Below are positions 50,576 through 63,225 of a stretch of 64,000 bases of DNA, one piece after another. The translations under genes were made by a program, and so were the position numbers. The stretch is from positions 24,066,605-24,130,604 of the forward strand of contig NC_057718.1 in the NCBI RefSeq assembly GCF_004010195.1, written 5' to 3'. Source of the stretch: Chiloscyllium plagiosum (lineage: Eukaryota). Every line of letters begins with the position of its first letter. The first letter of the stretch is position 1. The notes under the pieces were generated by a model, which ran no database searches, had not been told where the DNA came from, and saw nothing but the letters and a program-made list of their open reading frames with translations.

Positions 50576-53500
50576 AGTTGTTAAAGAAGGCATCTTACCA
50601 CCACCTTAATAAGGGCAAATTAGGATAGTTAAGTGTTGGTCTCACCAGCAACACCCGTATTCTCTGCATAAACTTTTTAAAAGTGCGTGCAAATTGTGCT
50701 TGGAAGTGGAGATCTCTGGATAGTAATGGTTGAAGTATTTGATCATCATTCCAGGTCATAATTTGTGTTCTGCAACTTGAGGGCCCATATGGTCTACTCC
50801 TGCTCTTACTACTTGTGTTATCTTAATATGTGAATTATTATTGCTAATTAACTATAAATACCCTGCAAGATTAAAACCTATACATGATTGATGATAACTA
50901 TAATTTGGTTTGACTAGTGTTATTATGGTTTCTTCATAAAATTGTAGCAAAACTTAATACTGCGTGTATTTAATGTTTTGCATGCAATTAAGTCATATCT
51001 CTGCTAGTTTGGAACCGCAGGTTGGCTTGTGATTGAGTGGAATATACAGTTTATTCCAAAGATTGTATCTTAATTTCTTTTACAAGTTAAAGGATTAGTG
51101 CACTCTGGAATAAATGGTACTTTTCAGCAGCATATGTACATGAATAGAAGAGAGAGCAGTGGAGCCGTTCGAAATTGTTCATCATCTTTGTTGTCTAGTT
51201 CTTATAATCAAACATAAACATTACACTAACGTTGTTTCCTTGTTTCTATTTAGTGCATAGATTAATTAGCAAATTAAATAGACAGCTGAGATTCTAGAGA
51301 TCTAAATGTGCAAAATCCCAAGAGTCGTCTTGAATTGTTTAATATAAACTGTAATGTATTTACTAAATTATAAAGGATTACACAACTCTGGAGAAAGACG
51401 CAAGGGCAAAATTAAAAGGTGAGCAGGGCTTTGAGTGGTACAGAATGTAAACATCAGAGGTTTGGATCAGCAGATCTGTACAGAGGCTAGGAAATACAAT
51501 GCTTTTCCAAGTGTCAGGTCTGGAAGAGAGAAAGTTTATGTTTGAGAGTTTCAACAGCAGTTGAAGTATGGGATAGGGCTGTCTATAGCAACCTCCGATA
51601 ATGGAAGGAAATGCAGCTTGAGATCAGATAGATTGCCGAGGTTATGCATATCCTGAATCAGCCTGGTGGAAGGGTTGGGGGGAGGAACAAGAACGGATAG
51701 AGTTTGTGGAAGCTGCCATGTCGTCTCACCCCTGCTAACTGTAGAAAAAGTGTGAACTGGTTGTGAAGCCACTGTCATAATAACATCTATCCAAATGGGC
51801 TGAGTCAAAGTGTGGCACTCTGCTTTCACTTTGGCGTTGAAACATTGCCCTTAGAGCAATTTTTTAATATGTTTGTTCATGTGTTGTGGTCAGGGCCAGC
51901 AATTACTTCCCATCTCTAACTGCTCCAAAGATGGTGAGCAGCCTTTGTGAGCCACTGCAATCCTTTGGGTACTTGACATCCACAGTACTGTATGGTAGAG
52001 AAACTGAGCTAGTTGTCTCTTTGTCTTTTGGATTAGGGCAATGCCAGGTCGGTAACCCACTTTTTTTTTTGTTATTGAATCATTCTTAGAGATTTTATGC
52101 AATCGAATGGCTTGCTAGACGATTTTATAACTGAACATGGAAAATCTGTGCCTAGAATTATTTGCACCATGCTCAAAGATCCAGAGAAGATTTGCCATGA
52201 GCTTTTCAAACATAACCATGGTAGCCTGGCATTTGCAGGGAACTTACTGTGCTATAATTAACCTGAGTTGAAGCTCCCTGGATTTACTGTAGCAGTGTCT
52301 TGGTATATGCCTGGTTTCTGTTATCAATATGAACTGACCTAGACTGCTTTAGCTCCACTCAACAGGAGAGATGCTAATTTTATTTTAAATCAATTTCAGT
52401 GGGCTTTGTGTTTAATTTTGGAGTATGGGATTTATTTCAGGACTATGTTCATTTGCTTTTCTGCCAAATTCCAGGCTTCCATTTGTTAATTTGTGCCGAC
52501 AACTTTACAGTCAATTGAAGACTAAATAAAGGGATCATTATATACAGACTGCAAATTACTGAAGGCTGTAGTCTACTTTTATTGTCCAGAAAAAATAAAA
52601 TCCATAAACTTGATTGTGTACTGCATCTGTTCATGGCATGGTGAACAATTCACAGCTGGAAAATCATGAAAAAATGGTTGGGAGGATTTTGCTCATTTTT
52701 TTTTCCCCAAAAAAACACATCCTCTGGACAAAAGTCTGATGGACAGTGTATATCAATATTTACTTTATGTGGAGACTGAAGTAGACAATTGCTTTTGGAT
52801 AGATGACTTTGTGCAAGTCCAAATAAGGGCACTGCAACTTCAAAGCTGACTGTACTATGCAAGTATTCGTGCTGAGCATAATTGCCTGATTTGACTTGGA
52901 TGCAAAAGTATTAAATATTTCAACTGCATTAGTCCAACCCTGAACAAAGGACACACATTAAGTATTACATATATTTAGCTGCAAGTAACTAGCTTACTTG
53001 GTGATATGGCAACATGTGGTTTAAAGTACAGATGTGTATAGGCATGTGTTTTTCATTTAGTTTTCTTTTTGTTGTCTTGTGTATATCTTTGCAAGCCTTA
53101 AACAGGCATTTGTTGGGGAAACCAAATGGGTGTGATGCTTGGGTACCAAGGCAAATTCATCTGTCAGCTTCTGAGTCATTGATCCTGGGGGTGGGGGTAA
53201 TTTTCTTCATCATGGCCAAAGATTCTCATTCGATCTTTGCATTCACTGGCTTCCACACAATTTCTCTTGAAACGATGACCCGCACTTAAACCTGTTGTGC
53301 ATTTATGTCTTGTCAAGATTAGGGATTTGTCTGAAGTCTTTCCCCTTTGGTAGAGCAATACAGCAAAGATCTATGTAGATAATGGCCAACAAAAAAAATC
53401 GAAGGTTTATTTTGGGGGGAGTGGGGGAAGAAATAAAATTATCCTCCAATGATTCAAAAAAGCTGAAAGTAATTATGCAAAGTTTGCACTTTTTGTTGCA

Positions 53501-53961
53501 CGTCATAACTCTGTTAAATTTAAACTGTCAAATGTCTGCAATGGTTCTGTTAAACTTTATGATTCCAAGTCAGGTAAATTTAAAAAAAAAGATTTAATGA
53601 ATTTAGAAAGCCTTTTATTTCTTCTAGTCTTGGCAAAGTCAAAACAATGATATGTCTCTCTGGCAGCTTCCTGTACTAGTAATGAGCTATACAATGCAAC
53701 ATATTTTGTCTTTTAGCCAGAAACTCGTATGACTTTTTAAAAAATCTTGACAAGACTTTACTTTTCACTGGATAAGCAACTTTTTTTTTTGTCTTTATTA
53801 ACTGGCAGTCTACCATTATTGTGCACGTTGCTACAATCCTTTCTTAATTCCAATGAGTTGCAAGGATCAAAACATTTTAATGCGTTGGAGTACTGTTTTT
53901 AATTTCTGGAATGTTAATGTGCGAGACATTTGACACTACAGACATAGTACACCGTTACAAA

Positions 53962-54297
53962 GGGGAGGCAGTGGTCTTATCACTGGATTATTAATGCTGA
54001 ACTCCAAGTTAATATTGTGGGGACATGAGTTTGAATGCCCAACATGGCAGAAGCTGAGAATTGAACTCTAGCTGGCCTTAAGGTATTGTACCACCACTGC
54101 TGATTGTTGGAAGAACTCATTTCATTCACTATTGTCCCTTTTTAGGGAAGGAAATCGGCTCCTCTTACCTGATCTAGCCTAGATGTGACAACAGAATGTC
54201 TGACAGCTGTATGGGTGTCTCTTAACTACTCTCTGGACAATTAGGGATAGGCAATAAATAGCCAGCAATGCCTTCATTCCATGCTGAATTTTTAAAA
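53962..54297 (+). mobile_element. tRNA-derived SINE (24305-24657 family)
   Basis: ggggaggcagtgg...tatcactggattattaat...gagtttgaatgccc...tttagggaaggaaatc...ggacaattagggataggcaataaat. Confidence 0.75.
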
Positions 54298-55689
54298 AGC
54301 AGAACTGTTCTGTTTTCAGTGATACTATTATTGTGAGCTGATGCAAAATTTCCTGTCAACAGGAACAACCCCCACCTGATTGGTTGAAGCGAAAGTTCTC
54401 AAAGATTTATTGCAGACTGTTATTACATTTTTTTTCTGAGCCCAATCCAAAAGAAACACTTGGAAGACCCCAACACCTATTTCTGAGAGGCTGTAGAAGA
54501 GTAAATAAAGCAATTTGCAAAGTGGGTGGTTAACTGTTTTAATGTAGATGAAGCCAGATTAGGAATGGTAAATAAATAGAATAGGCCACCATGAAAATTT
54601 AATTTTTCTCAATGATTTTAAGGATATTTTATTTCCAAATTATGAAATATACTGGGATGGTATAGTCCTGTTAAAACAATCTATAAAATGCAGTTTGACC
54701 CAGTTTATTTTCTTGAAGATCCTTGTGTGTTCTGGAGAAACTCCTGTTTGCTCTTTTTCTTTTTTAATCTGTAATTTACCTTTTTTCCTTTCTCCTGAGG
54801 GTACTTTATATATGTGTATGTGTGTAATGCAATCCTGACCTGATAAAAATAATGCTGTGTAGATTTCTTTTATTTTAACCTGCTTAATCCAGCCTCTCCT
54901 GATTCACAGTTCATGATATATCTGGTTTGAAAATTTATCAAAGCAAATGTGAGCTAGGAATGTGTACTATAAAATCAATTGCAAAATAACAATAGCCTGT
55001 TGACATTGGACAAGCTGTGCTTGTCCGGTTGCCTAAGAAATGGTTTGTTCACTTTGTGAAAACGATAATCAAACCCTGAAGCAGAGTAGCAAGGCTGAAC
55101 TCTGCAGAAAACATGAGGCATGAGCAAAGTTACAGTTTTGAGATCACAAAAGTTAAAGATTTTCTCCATAGTATACAAAGTTCCACAATTTTTCTATCAT
55201 TTAGACTCAGGATAGCACTCAACATTGACATAGATTTCTGTACTTAACAGGATGTGCTATACATTACAATTTAATAAGATTCTGGATCCTGGTTTGTTTT
55301 TTAGGGGGAAAAAAAACTATGGTTACATACTTTGACTGGTTAAAACTCTAACCTACATAAGTATAGGCAGATACAGACAAAAAAGATTGGTGTTATGGTG
55401 GGGGCAAAGAACTGGGAAGACCATTCAATTGCCTCTGTCCATAGGGTTTATTGAAATGATCATCTTGGCTTTCCAAGTACTGGACTGAGGCACAGATATT
55501 CACAGTGGCAGTTTAAGCAATTGGTGAGTGAAAACAAATCAGCTTGCTTCAAGCTTTAGTTTTTTTTAATTGCAGGTTAAAAAAAAAGAGATGCTATGTC
55601 CCCTTTCAGAGGTCTGTAAGCTTCTAGCCCGTCTTCAACCAAACCTCTATGTTACTTTGTTCAATCAGAGGCAACGTAAACATTACTTG

Positions 55690-56720
55690 CAATAAGTGGA
55701 ATGTAAATTCATTCAGTAATTGAAAGCTAGTCTCTAGCTGGTGGTGACTATGATAATATCATGAATTATGAGAACCAATCTGGTTCACGAATGTCCTTCT
55801 AGGGAAGGGAATCTGCCATCTTTTCAAGTGATACCAAGAGGCACAAAAAGTGAAGATAATTTTATTTTTTAAAAAGGTAACTATAGGTCAATTAGCTTAA
55901 TGTCTGTAATTGGGGAAAACGTTACTTTAGTATTACATCCTTCATAATAGACTATGTAGAAATATATGATTGAGCAGAGTCAGCATGGTTTCATGAATGG
56001 GCATTCATGCCTGACATTCTTTTGAAGTAGTAACAAGCAGGATAGATAGGGGGAATCTGTCGATGTACAATATTTGGATTTTCAGTAGATGTTGACAGTA
56101 TCATAATAGTCCATGGTTTTGGATGTAGTTAATTAGAATGGATGGAAGATTGTCTACCTAAGAGGAGATGGTTGTGATGGGGAGGAGGGGTGCATTTTCA
56201 GGATGTTAACCTGTAACTAGTGGTGTTCCATAGGGATCAGTGTTGAGGCCACAATTAATCACAAGGTATAGCCTGTTGACTATGGTAAAGCTAGGTTTGT
56301 GCATGAGGGCAAAAAATGGGAAGGCATGTGGTGAAGCTGGCAGAGTCTGCAGAGAGATATAGACGAATTAAACCAGTGCGCAAAACTTTGGCAGGTGGAA
56401 GATAATGAGAAAATGTAAGTTTCTGCATTTTGACAAGAAGAACAGATGACCACAATATTATTTAAATGGATAGACACTACAGAAATCTACAGCATTGATG
56501 GATTTTGATGTCCTTGGCCATAAATAGCAAAAAGCTATCATCCAAGTTCAGCAGGTGATAGGGCAGGCTTGGTCTGACCTACGCATGTCTCTAGACCCAG
56601 AGTAATGCGTTTCACTTTTTAATTGACGTCTGAAACACTCTAGCAACTTGTTTGTTTCCAGGCAACTAGGTTCAAGCATCAATTTTGTGCCTTGCCACTG
56701 ATGCTACATGTATGAGAAGA
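55690..56720 (+). mobile_element. SINE of the 24305-24657 family split by an internal CR1 RT fragment (~55825-56565)
   Basis: The left half ends tagggaagggaatctgccatctt and the right half resumes tggtctgacctacgcatgtctctagaccca. The insert has QHGFMNGHSCLT, YLDFQ and VTSGVP*GSVL. Confidence 0.65.
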
Positions 56721-56894
56721 ATAAAGACAGGAGGTTTTGTTTTTTTAGCAAGCAATAAGAAGAGTGTTTGAGACAAGAATGTGGAAAACATGCTACCTGC
56801 ATAGTGTTGGACATGGCTTGGTAATGGTACCTGAGAACCATAACATTATGAGCCCATGTATTACCCTTCGACTCAAGGATAGTACTAGTCTCAA

Positions 56895-57090
56895 AGGATG
56901 GTTGGCGACTTTCTCATTTGAGAGAAGTGACTGGTGGTAAGTTTAACCTGAGGCTGATCACACTGCACACAAGGAGCAAGCTTTGGAAGGTAGTATCTTG
57001 GGGTTGCCACAGTTAGTATGTGAATTGAACCTATTAGTGACACTTTGTATTACAACCCAGACATCCTGCCAAATGAGCTTACCAACCTCC
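56895..57090 (-). mobile_element. tRNA-derived SINE of another family
   Basis: Minus strand ggaggttggtaagctcatttggcagg (A box) ... aggttcaattcac (B box) ... cctcaggttaaacttaccaccagtc. Confidence 0.55.
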
Positions 57091-57375
57091 TGAAGGAACA
57101 CTCAATGGTGCTGTCATTTGCTTGAGACTTTAAAACCAGATGCACATTGCTCAATGCTATTTTTGAGGAATTCTCCCTGATGTCCTGACTGAATTTATTC
57201 AGTTAATGTTATTGGTCATTTTCTGTTCAATGCCACTTTGCAGTTTGTGAAACATTGTGGCATGCTATTTGGCTGCAGTGTTTCCTACATTCCAACAGCG
57301 TGAACATGTCAAAGCACATCAGCTGTAACAGGCTTTGTGATGACCTGAAAGGCGCTACGTAAATGGATGTCTTGT
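57091..57375 (+). mobile_element. Decayed Deu-domain SINE (SacSINE1/AmnSINE1-like)
   Basis: ttctccctgatgtcctg, ttggctgcagtgtttcctacattccaacag and tgaaaggcgctacgtaaatg match the recalled DeuSINE core and tail. Confidence 0.65.
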
Positions 57376-58969
57376 AGAACAATGAGATTAAAGGACTGCC
57401 TTAATCTATTTGGCATTGTTCATGTAAATAATCTTCTTAAGTTTGCCATGTTTACCTTTTGCTGTTCTCATTTTTAGCTTTTATCTCATTAATTTGCTGT
57501 TACTATTTGTTTTGAATTCCTTTTCTTGAAATTTGTTGCATCTTCAGTCATAAAATGGGACAAACTGGGTATAAAGTTTCTTCAGCAAAATTCTGTTTTA
57601 TCCGCAAAACAAATGTTGGAAGGAGAGTTTCCCCCCCCCCCCCCCCCCACTTTCTCCCCTCACTGGCTGTGTGACAGAATGTCTAATTTCTATGCAGCCT
57701 AATTGTAAATTCACTTGAGAGCTGTAGTGAGGTCGCATCCTGATAGACCAAGTGGACATGAGTGCCCTTTGACAGCTGAACTTGAACTCATGACCATATT
57801 GATATGCGAACTACCTTTTTTGGAGTATAAGCTTTTATATTTAATTGGAAGCTTACACTTCAACTGGGGTCTAATGGGAGGGGGGGGTGTCTTCACTATT
57901 GGAATCCCATGCCTTCTAAGGAACATACATATTAGTATCAAGTTTAATTCCTGGTCTCGTTTATTTTCTGGATAACAAGAAGCCGATGTCTTGAACAGCT
58001 CAATAAGATTGCACTGCCAACTGTTCACAGTGTGAAATTAACCAGGAAAAACAACGTCATAAACCAAGTGAATGTGATTATTTTCAAGTATCCAAACATA
58101 ATTTATGAATTGTTCATTCATCTGCATCCCTTTGGTTGTGGTTACTAGGAAACTGGAGTAGTTAGCTCAAATGAATGTCCATCCTTTCTTTTACACCCCT
58201 AGTCAAGGTTATGACTATTGCACACCTTAAGATCATTTACAAAAGATGCCACCAGTGTGCTAATCGGGTTATGATTTTATTTGTGCAAATGAGTCATTCT
58301 GCAATGGTTTATTCTGTTATTGATGTACATGATATGAATATTGAGCTGTAAATGATGGCCATTTCTTAAGACTAGAGATTTTTAAGTTTATTCGTTGTAA
58401 CTTAGGCTTTTCCCAAATTGAGACTAGTCTACCCTAGCACCAAATAGACAAGTGGAAACTGGAAAAGTTCTTTGTAATTTCAACTGGACCCTGTTTGGAA
58501 TAAACTCCACTTGGTATTAGCTGCCTGCATTCTTGGCTCTCACTCAGAAAAGCATAGCTGTAGATTTTCTATGGAGCTTTTTCCTTTATGGTATTCAGTC
58601 TGCCAGTGGAAAGTGGTTGTTTGCACGAGTAGCATTATCGTATGCTGGGAAGACAGCTCAAAAATGAATAACTGTTACAAGGTTGTTGACTTAGAAATGT
58701 GCTGTTTGTTTTCAAAGTACCCACCAAGGGATTCCATGCAGGGGAAGTGAAAAAAGGCATTCCAAGAAAATCACCTGGTACCACAATTGTCTGATATATC
58801 GTGTAATGCCAACATCCTTTCTGCCCAAGTAGCTACACAATTTAAGAAAACAGCCACTGCTTCATTTTGTCATGTGTGGGAGGTTTTACTCTTAATCCAC
58901 TGGTTATTCTGCAGTCCTTCCTCTAAGCAGGGACATAACGTGCCTCTGACAGTCAACATAAAAATACTT

Positions 58970-59130
58970 TATTTATCATTATTCATGGGATGTGAGTATC
59001 ACTGAAAAGGCCATTGTTTATGCCGGTCCCTAATGGCCTTGAACATGCTGGTGTCTACCATCTTAAATAATACAGCCCACCTGGTGAATATTAAACCACA
59101 GTGCTTTTGGGAAAGGGATTTTGATTTTGG
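58970..59130 (-). mobile_element. 3' tail fragment of the 21.1-21.9 kb LINE family
   Basis: attcatgggatgtgagtatcactg...ggcc...tttatgccggtccctaatggccttgaac. Confidence 0.5.
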
Positions 59131-60364
59131 ATTTTGACCCAGCAACCGTATGATTCCAAGTCTGTGCTGTGAAAAGGAGTATTTCAATGCAGTAACAGGT
59201 CTGTGTGCCTATGCTGGCCGTATGTCTGATGAAGATTTTCAATATCTGGTATAAACTACTTGCTGGATGCACATAGGATAAAGATGGTTTCAGTTGAAAT
59301 GAAGAGAACATTGACTCACATTAAAATGGCTGCTACTGACCCAGATTTTCTGGCCTCTGAATAATGTGAGACCTGACATCTCCTGAAAGACTCAACATGA
59401 CTGCCTATGAAGGAAATCTCTGGAAAGGTTAAACAAAACGGGTAATTGCTTTGACATCAGGAATCATCTGAAAATGTCTTCAGCACAAAGTTAGAGTCGG
59501 AGACTTTGGAGGGTTCCATCTTTAATTAACCTGAGAGATACCCATGAAAGGTTAGACAAATTTAAAATGTGCTATAACCCCTGCCCAAAGAGACTGCTAA
59601 CTTCCTTCCCTCACTTGTCTAATACACAATCCCTTACCCAGTCACTTGCTACCCTGTGCCTCTCGTCATATGGTGTGATAATGGACTGAGTTGGTTTTCA
59701 AGACAGGCTGGGAGTAAGGCAGACTTGAGAATTGTCTTCAGGCTTCATTTCAAAGTGACAATATATTTCTTAGAGATTAAAGTTAACTACTGTTGTATGT
59801 AACAATCATGCATATACCTGCTTATGATTGCATTGGATAGATACTAATTGATCTCCACATGTTCATACCCACATGCTACTGAGTGTTGTCTGGAGTATAG
59901 TATGGTGTAGAATTATCTGACTTGGACCACAGTCTGCTTTTTATATCCAGTGATGTTCAGCACTGTGGCATCATTGGAATGGTGCTTCTAGGTCCTGAAA
60001 TGTTTACTCCACACTACCTCTTCTTCCTTTTGCATTTGCCAATCGATCCCCTCCACACTTCTCTCCGTAGATTTTTAAAGAGGCTTTGGGTAGTTGTAAA
60101 TTTTTGCTTACTTATCAGTGTCTAATGCTGTACAAAGCAGGTATGGCTTCTCGGATTTTCTGCACTGCTCCCTCTTAGGTTTGCAGCATCACAGGTTGTG
60201 CCTGAAAGGTAAGGATGTAACTTTGTCTGACTTGGAGTCAGCAAAAAAGCAAAGCAAATGATTCAATTTACAGTGAAATTGTGTCAATTCAGTGTTGCAG
60301 AGACCTCAGGCAATAAATCCCTTGAGAAATGTAGAAGACTCTTGTTTTTTCTCCCTGTACGACT

Positions 60365-60500
60365 GTTCTGAGGAAAGGTCATTCGACACGAAACATTAAC
60401 TCTGAATTCTCTTCATGATGCTGACAGGTTTGCTGAGCTTTTCCAGCAGTTTTAGGTTTTGTTTCTGATTTGCATCATTCGCGGTTCTTTTAGTTTTTAC
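60365..60500 (+). mobile_element. Short Penelope-derived element with a hammerhead-like core
   Basis: GTT-CTGAGGA-AAGGTCATTCGACAC-GAAA-CATT-AAC followed by tgctgagcttttccagca. Confidence 0.7.
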
Positions 60501-60654
60501 ATTCTCGACAATCTTTTTCCAGGCGTATGTGTTTGACTGGTTCCTAGCTGTTTAAATGTCAAGGTTGCAGGAATAAGGAACACCAAAAACAAAGGTCAAG
60601 TGAGTTAATAGTAGGAAAATAGAAACACTTTGCTGTCGCATTACAGTTCAGCCA

Positions 60655-61050
60655 CAGCTCAATTGCCAGCACTTTTTGTCTCTTAATCAGAAGATTATGG
60701 GGCCAAGTCTCTCTCTCACATTAAGATTGACACTCCTCTGCAGCGCTGTGTAAGTCAGCATGATGGGCTTTGAGCTGTGCAGTCTTTTGGATGAATCTTT
60801 AAACTGAGGTTCCATCTGCTGTCCTGTTCAACATTATCTAATGGCACTACCTTGAGGGGAGACTTCCTGGGTGCCCTTATCAATATTTCGCTCCTGAAAC
60901 ATCAGAAAGATACATTATTTGACCACTATCATGTTTGTGGATGATTATTTTATGCAACTTGTTATACTGCAATAATGACTCCACTTTGGCTGAAAGTTGG
61001 GCATGTTGGGTTATGAAAGATACTGTATACTTGGAAGAATGTCCTTTTTA
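60655..61050 (+). mobile_element. Decayed Deu-domain SINE (SacSINE1-like)
   Basis: tcagaagattatggggccaagtc head, gtcttttggatgaatctttaaactgaggttccatctgc, atggcactac, caatattt and atgaaagatactgtata tail. Confidence 0.6.
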
Positions 61051-61755
61051 TTATCTGGATGAGAAGTTATAGGTTTTAAGGTCTATTGGTTTCAGTGTTG
61101 GTTCCGTTTCATTCCTTACACTTTGGAAGGATGTGCTTTGCAGACAGAGCTCTGTACTTTCAGTACAGATAAGATGTAGCATCACTCAGTATATTCCCTT
61201 TTTTTGTGACAACTCCAAAAGCACAATTTGTCCAGTACAAGTCAGTTGGATGTTTAATGCCAATAAATACATCTTGGGTTCTATTATGTTTGTTTAACCA
61301 CTGTAATGTGATCGTGACCATCTTCCCTTCTGTACGAATATGGGAGTTGATCACTTCAGTTGTATTCAGTTTTCTTTAATGAGATGAAGAATTGTGGTTT
61401 ATCTGAGAAAATGTTTCAAGAAAACTTCACCCTTTTATAAGGGGTCAAATGAAAATTGACATCCAACTTCTTTAAACAATACTCACGCTCTCCATAATGT
61501 GAAGAACTTGCATCTTTCCTTGCAGAGTTGTGATTTTTCAAGTACATACAGTCAATTCAAAGTAACCATTGTTATAAACTTGAAGGTGTATATTATATCT
61601 TTGAAAGTGAAAACTGGCAAGCACTAACAGTCACAATGAGCTGGAAAATTGAAAAACGTAACATTTGCCTATAATTTAGATGTACAGTACAAAAACAGAC
61701 CCACCTCAGTTGTTTTCACAGCACTTTGAATTTCACCAAACTGTTTAAATTATGC

Positions 61756-61893
61756 TGAAAAATGTGTTNNNNNNNNNNNNNNNNNNNNNNNNNNNNNNNN
61801 NNTCCTTGGATGCTGCCTGACCTGCTGCGCTTTTCCAGCAACACATTTTTTTCAGCTCTGATCTCCAGCATCTGCAGTCCTCACCTTCTCCTA
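61756..61893 (+). mobile_element. Young Penelope-derived element with an inverted 5' piece, internal N-gap and 13-bp TSD
   Basis: GTTTAAATTATGC at 61743-61755 and 61894-61906; gctgaaaaatgtgtt on the left is inverted relative to aacacattt(t)ttcagc on the right. Confidence 0.8.
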
Positions 61894-62599
61894 GTTTAAA
61901 TTATGCCCCAAGATTCTAAAACCCAATCAAATTTGGTTTGATATTGCCAAAACAATAAAATTCAATGAGACAATCTGATGTTTGGGTAAAAAAGCAGGCA
62001 TTTTGGACAATTGGCCAGAAAGAGCACCAACTGCCATTGAAAGATTACTATACACTTTCTGTCAAAGGTACATTTTTCATGTGAAACATCTTTTATAACA
62101 GAAGACAAGATGATCCAAGAAGATTGACACTGGAGATGACAGCCGCTGTCTGGATTTTGAAAATTAAGTTGCTGTAAATAGGGTCTTTGGATCAGTATAT
62201 TATTATTGAGTGGGAGATGGATAACAAATCTATAAGAGAAAGGAAGCTTAGTTGTAAATGTTCACTTTTTGCATTAAAGAATGAAATTAATTTTTTTTGT
62301 TAAATAGTGGAATTTGGGTGGTTTTCCTTTTGGTTCATATTGACAGTTAAATCTCTGGACATAAAACACCATTCCGAATGGTTTCTTACTAGTGGTCATA
62401 AAATTTGCAATATATTTCAAAAGTTAGTCACTACAGGATTTTGTATATAGGACATTAAATGCAATTTTAATTTATTATTGCAGATTTCTTCACATTTTAT
62501 CCTTTGTTGTTAGGAAGCCTTCAGCTACAAACTTTTAGTTTTGAGATGGTAAACTGTTCCAAGATTTAGCAATTTTGTTCACCCATCGGTCTATCTTAA

Positions 62600-62775
62600 A
62601 ATAGAAACAGAAAATACTGGAGAAACTCTACACATCTGGAGATGTGGGGAAGGAAATACAGTTGATGTTTCAAGTCTGACTGTGTCGATATGGTCACTGA
62701 TTCTGCCAAACCTGCTGAGTTTCTCCTCTATTTTTGATTTCTGTTTCAGATTTTTAGTATATGCAGTATTTTGCT
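62600..62775. mobile_element. Decayed inverted pair of Penelope-derived terminal repeats (MITE-like)
   Basis: gaaacagaaaatactggagaaactc on the left versus gagtttctcc...tttctgtttc on the right. Confidence 0.55.
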
Positions 62776-63054
62776 ATTATTGAAGTTATTTTTGGTTTGC
62801 TATCAATTTTGCTGAAGATTTCTTTCAGTGAATAGTTTGCAGAGGTTCTGTGCAGAGACTGCCTTTGATCTTATGCAAGTGACACAGCAAAGTGAGACAC
62901 TGACAGAGGAGAAATGCTCAACTCCAAGATTGTTGAACTATTAGTGAAATTCTTTTTGTAAAAAAAAAGATCACTCATCAATTTTTTGAAACTTTTCTGC
63001 AAGGCACTTTTAGGAGAGGAAATGGAAATCTTTACATGTGCAGAGGACCACTGT

Positions 63055-63225
63055 CTCAAACTCCCAGAACTCCCTTCCTAACTACAGTGTGGCTGTCTCT
63101 TCACCCCAAAGACTGCAGCAGTTCAAGAACGTGTCTCATCGTTGCCACCTGCAGGGCAGTTAGACTTGGGTGATAAATATTGGCCGAGCCAGCAGCACCC
63201 ACATCTTAACAAACTTCAGAAAAAA
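63055..63225 (+). mobile_element. 3' tail fragment of the 21.1-21.9 kb LINE family
   Basis: gaactcccttcctaactacagtgtgg...gactgcagcagttcaagaa...agggcagttag...ataaatattggccgagccagcagcacccacatc. Confidence 0.6.

Noticed and set aside
57631..57648. Poly-C run (G-quadruplex potential on the minus strand)
   Set aside because: Simple homopolymer with no supporting context.
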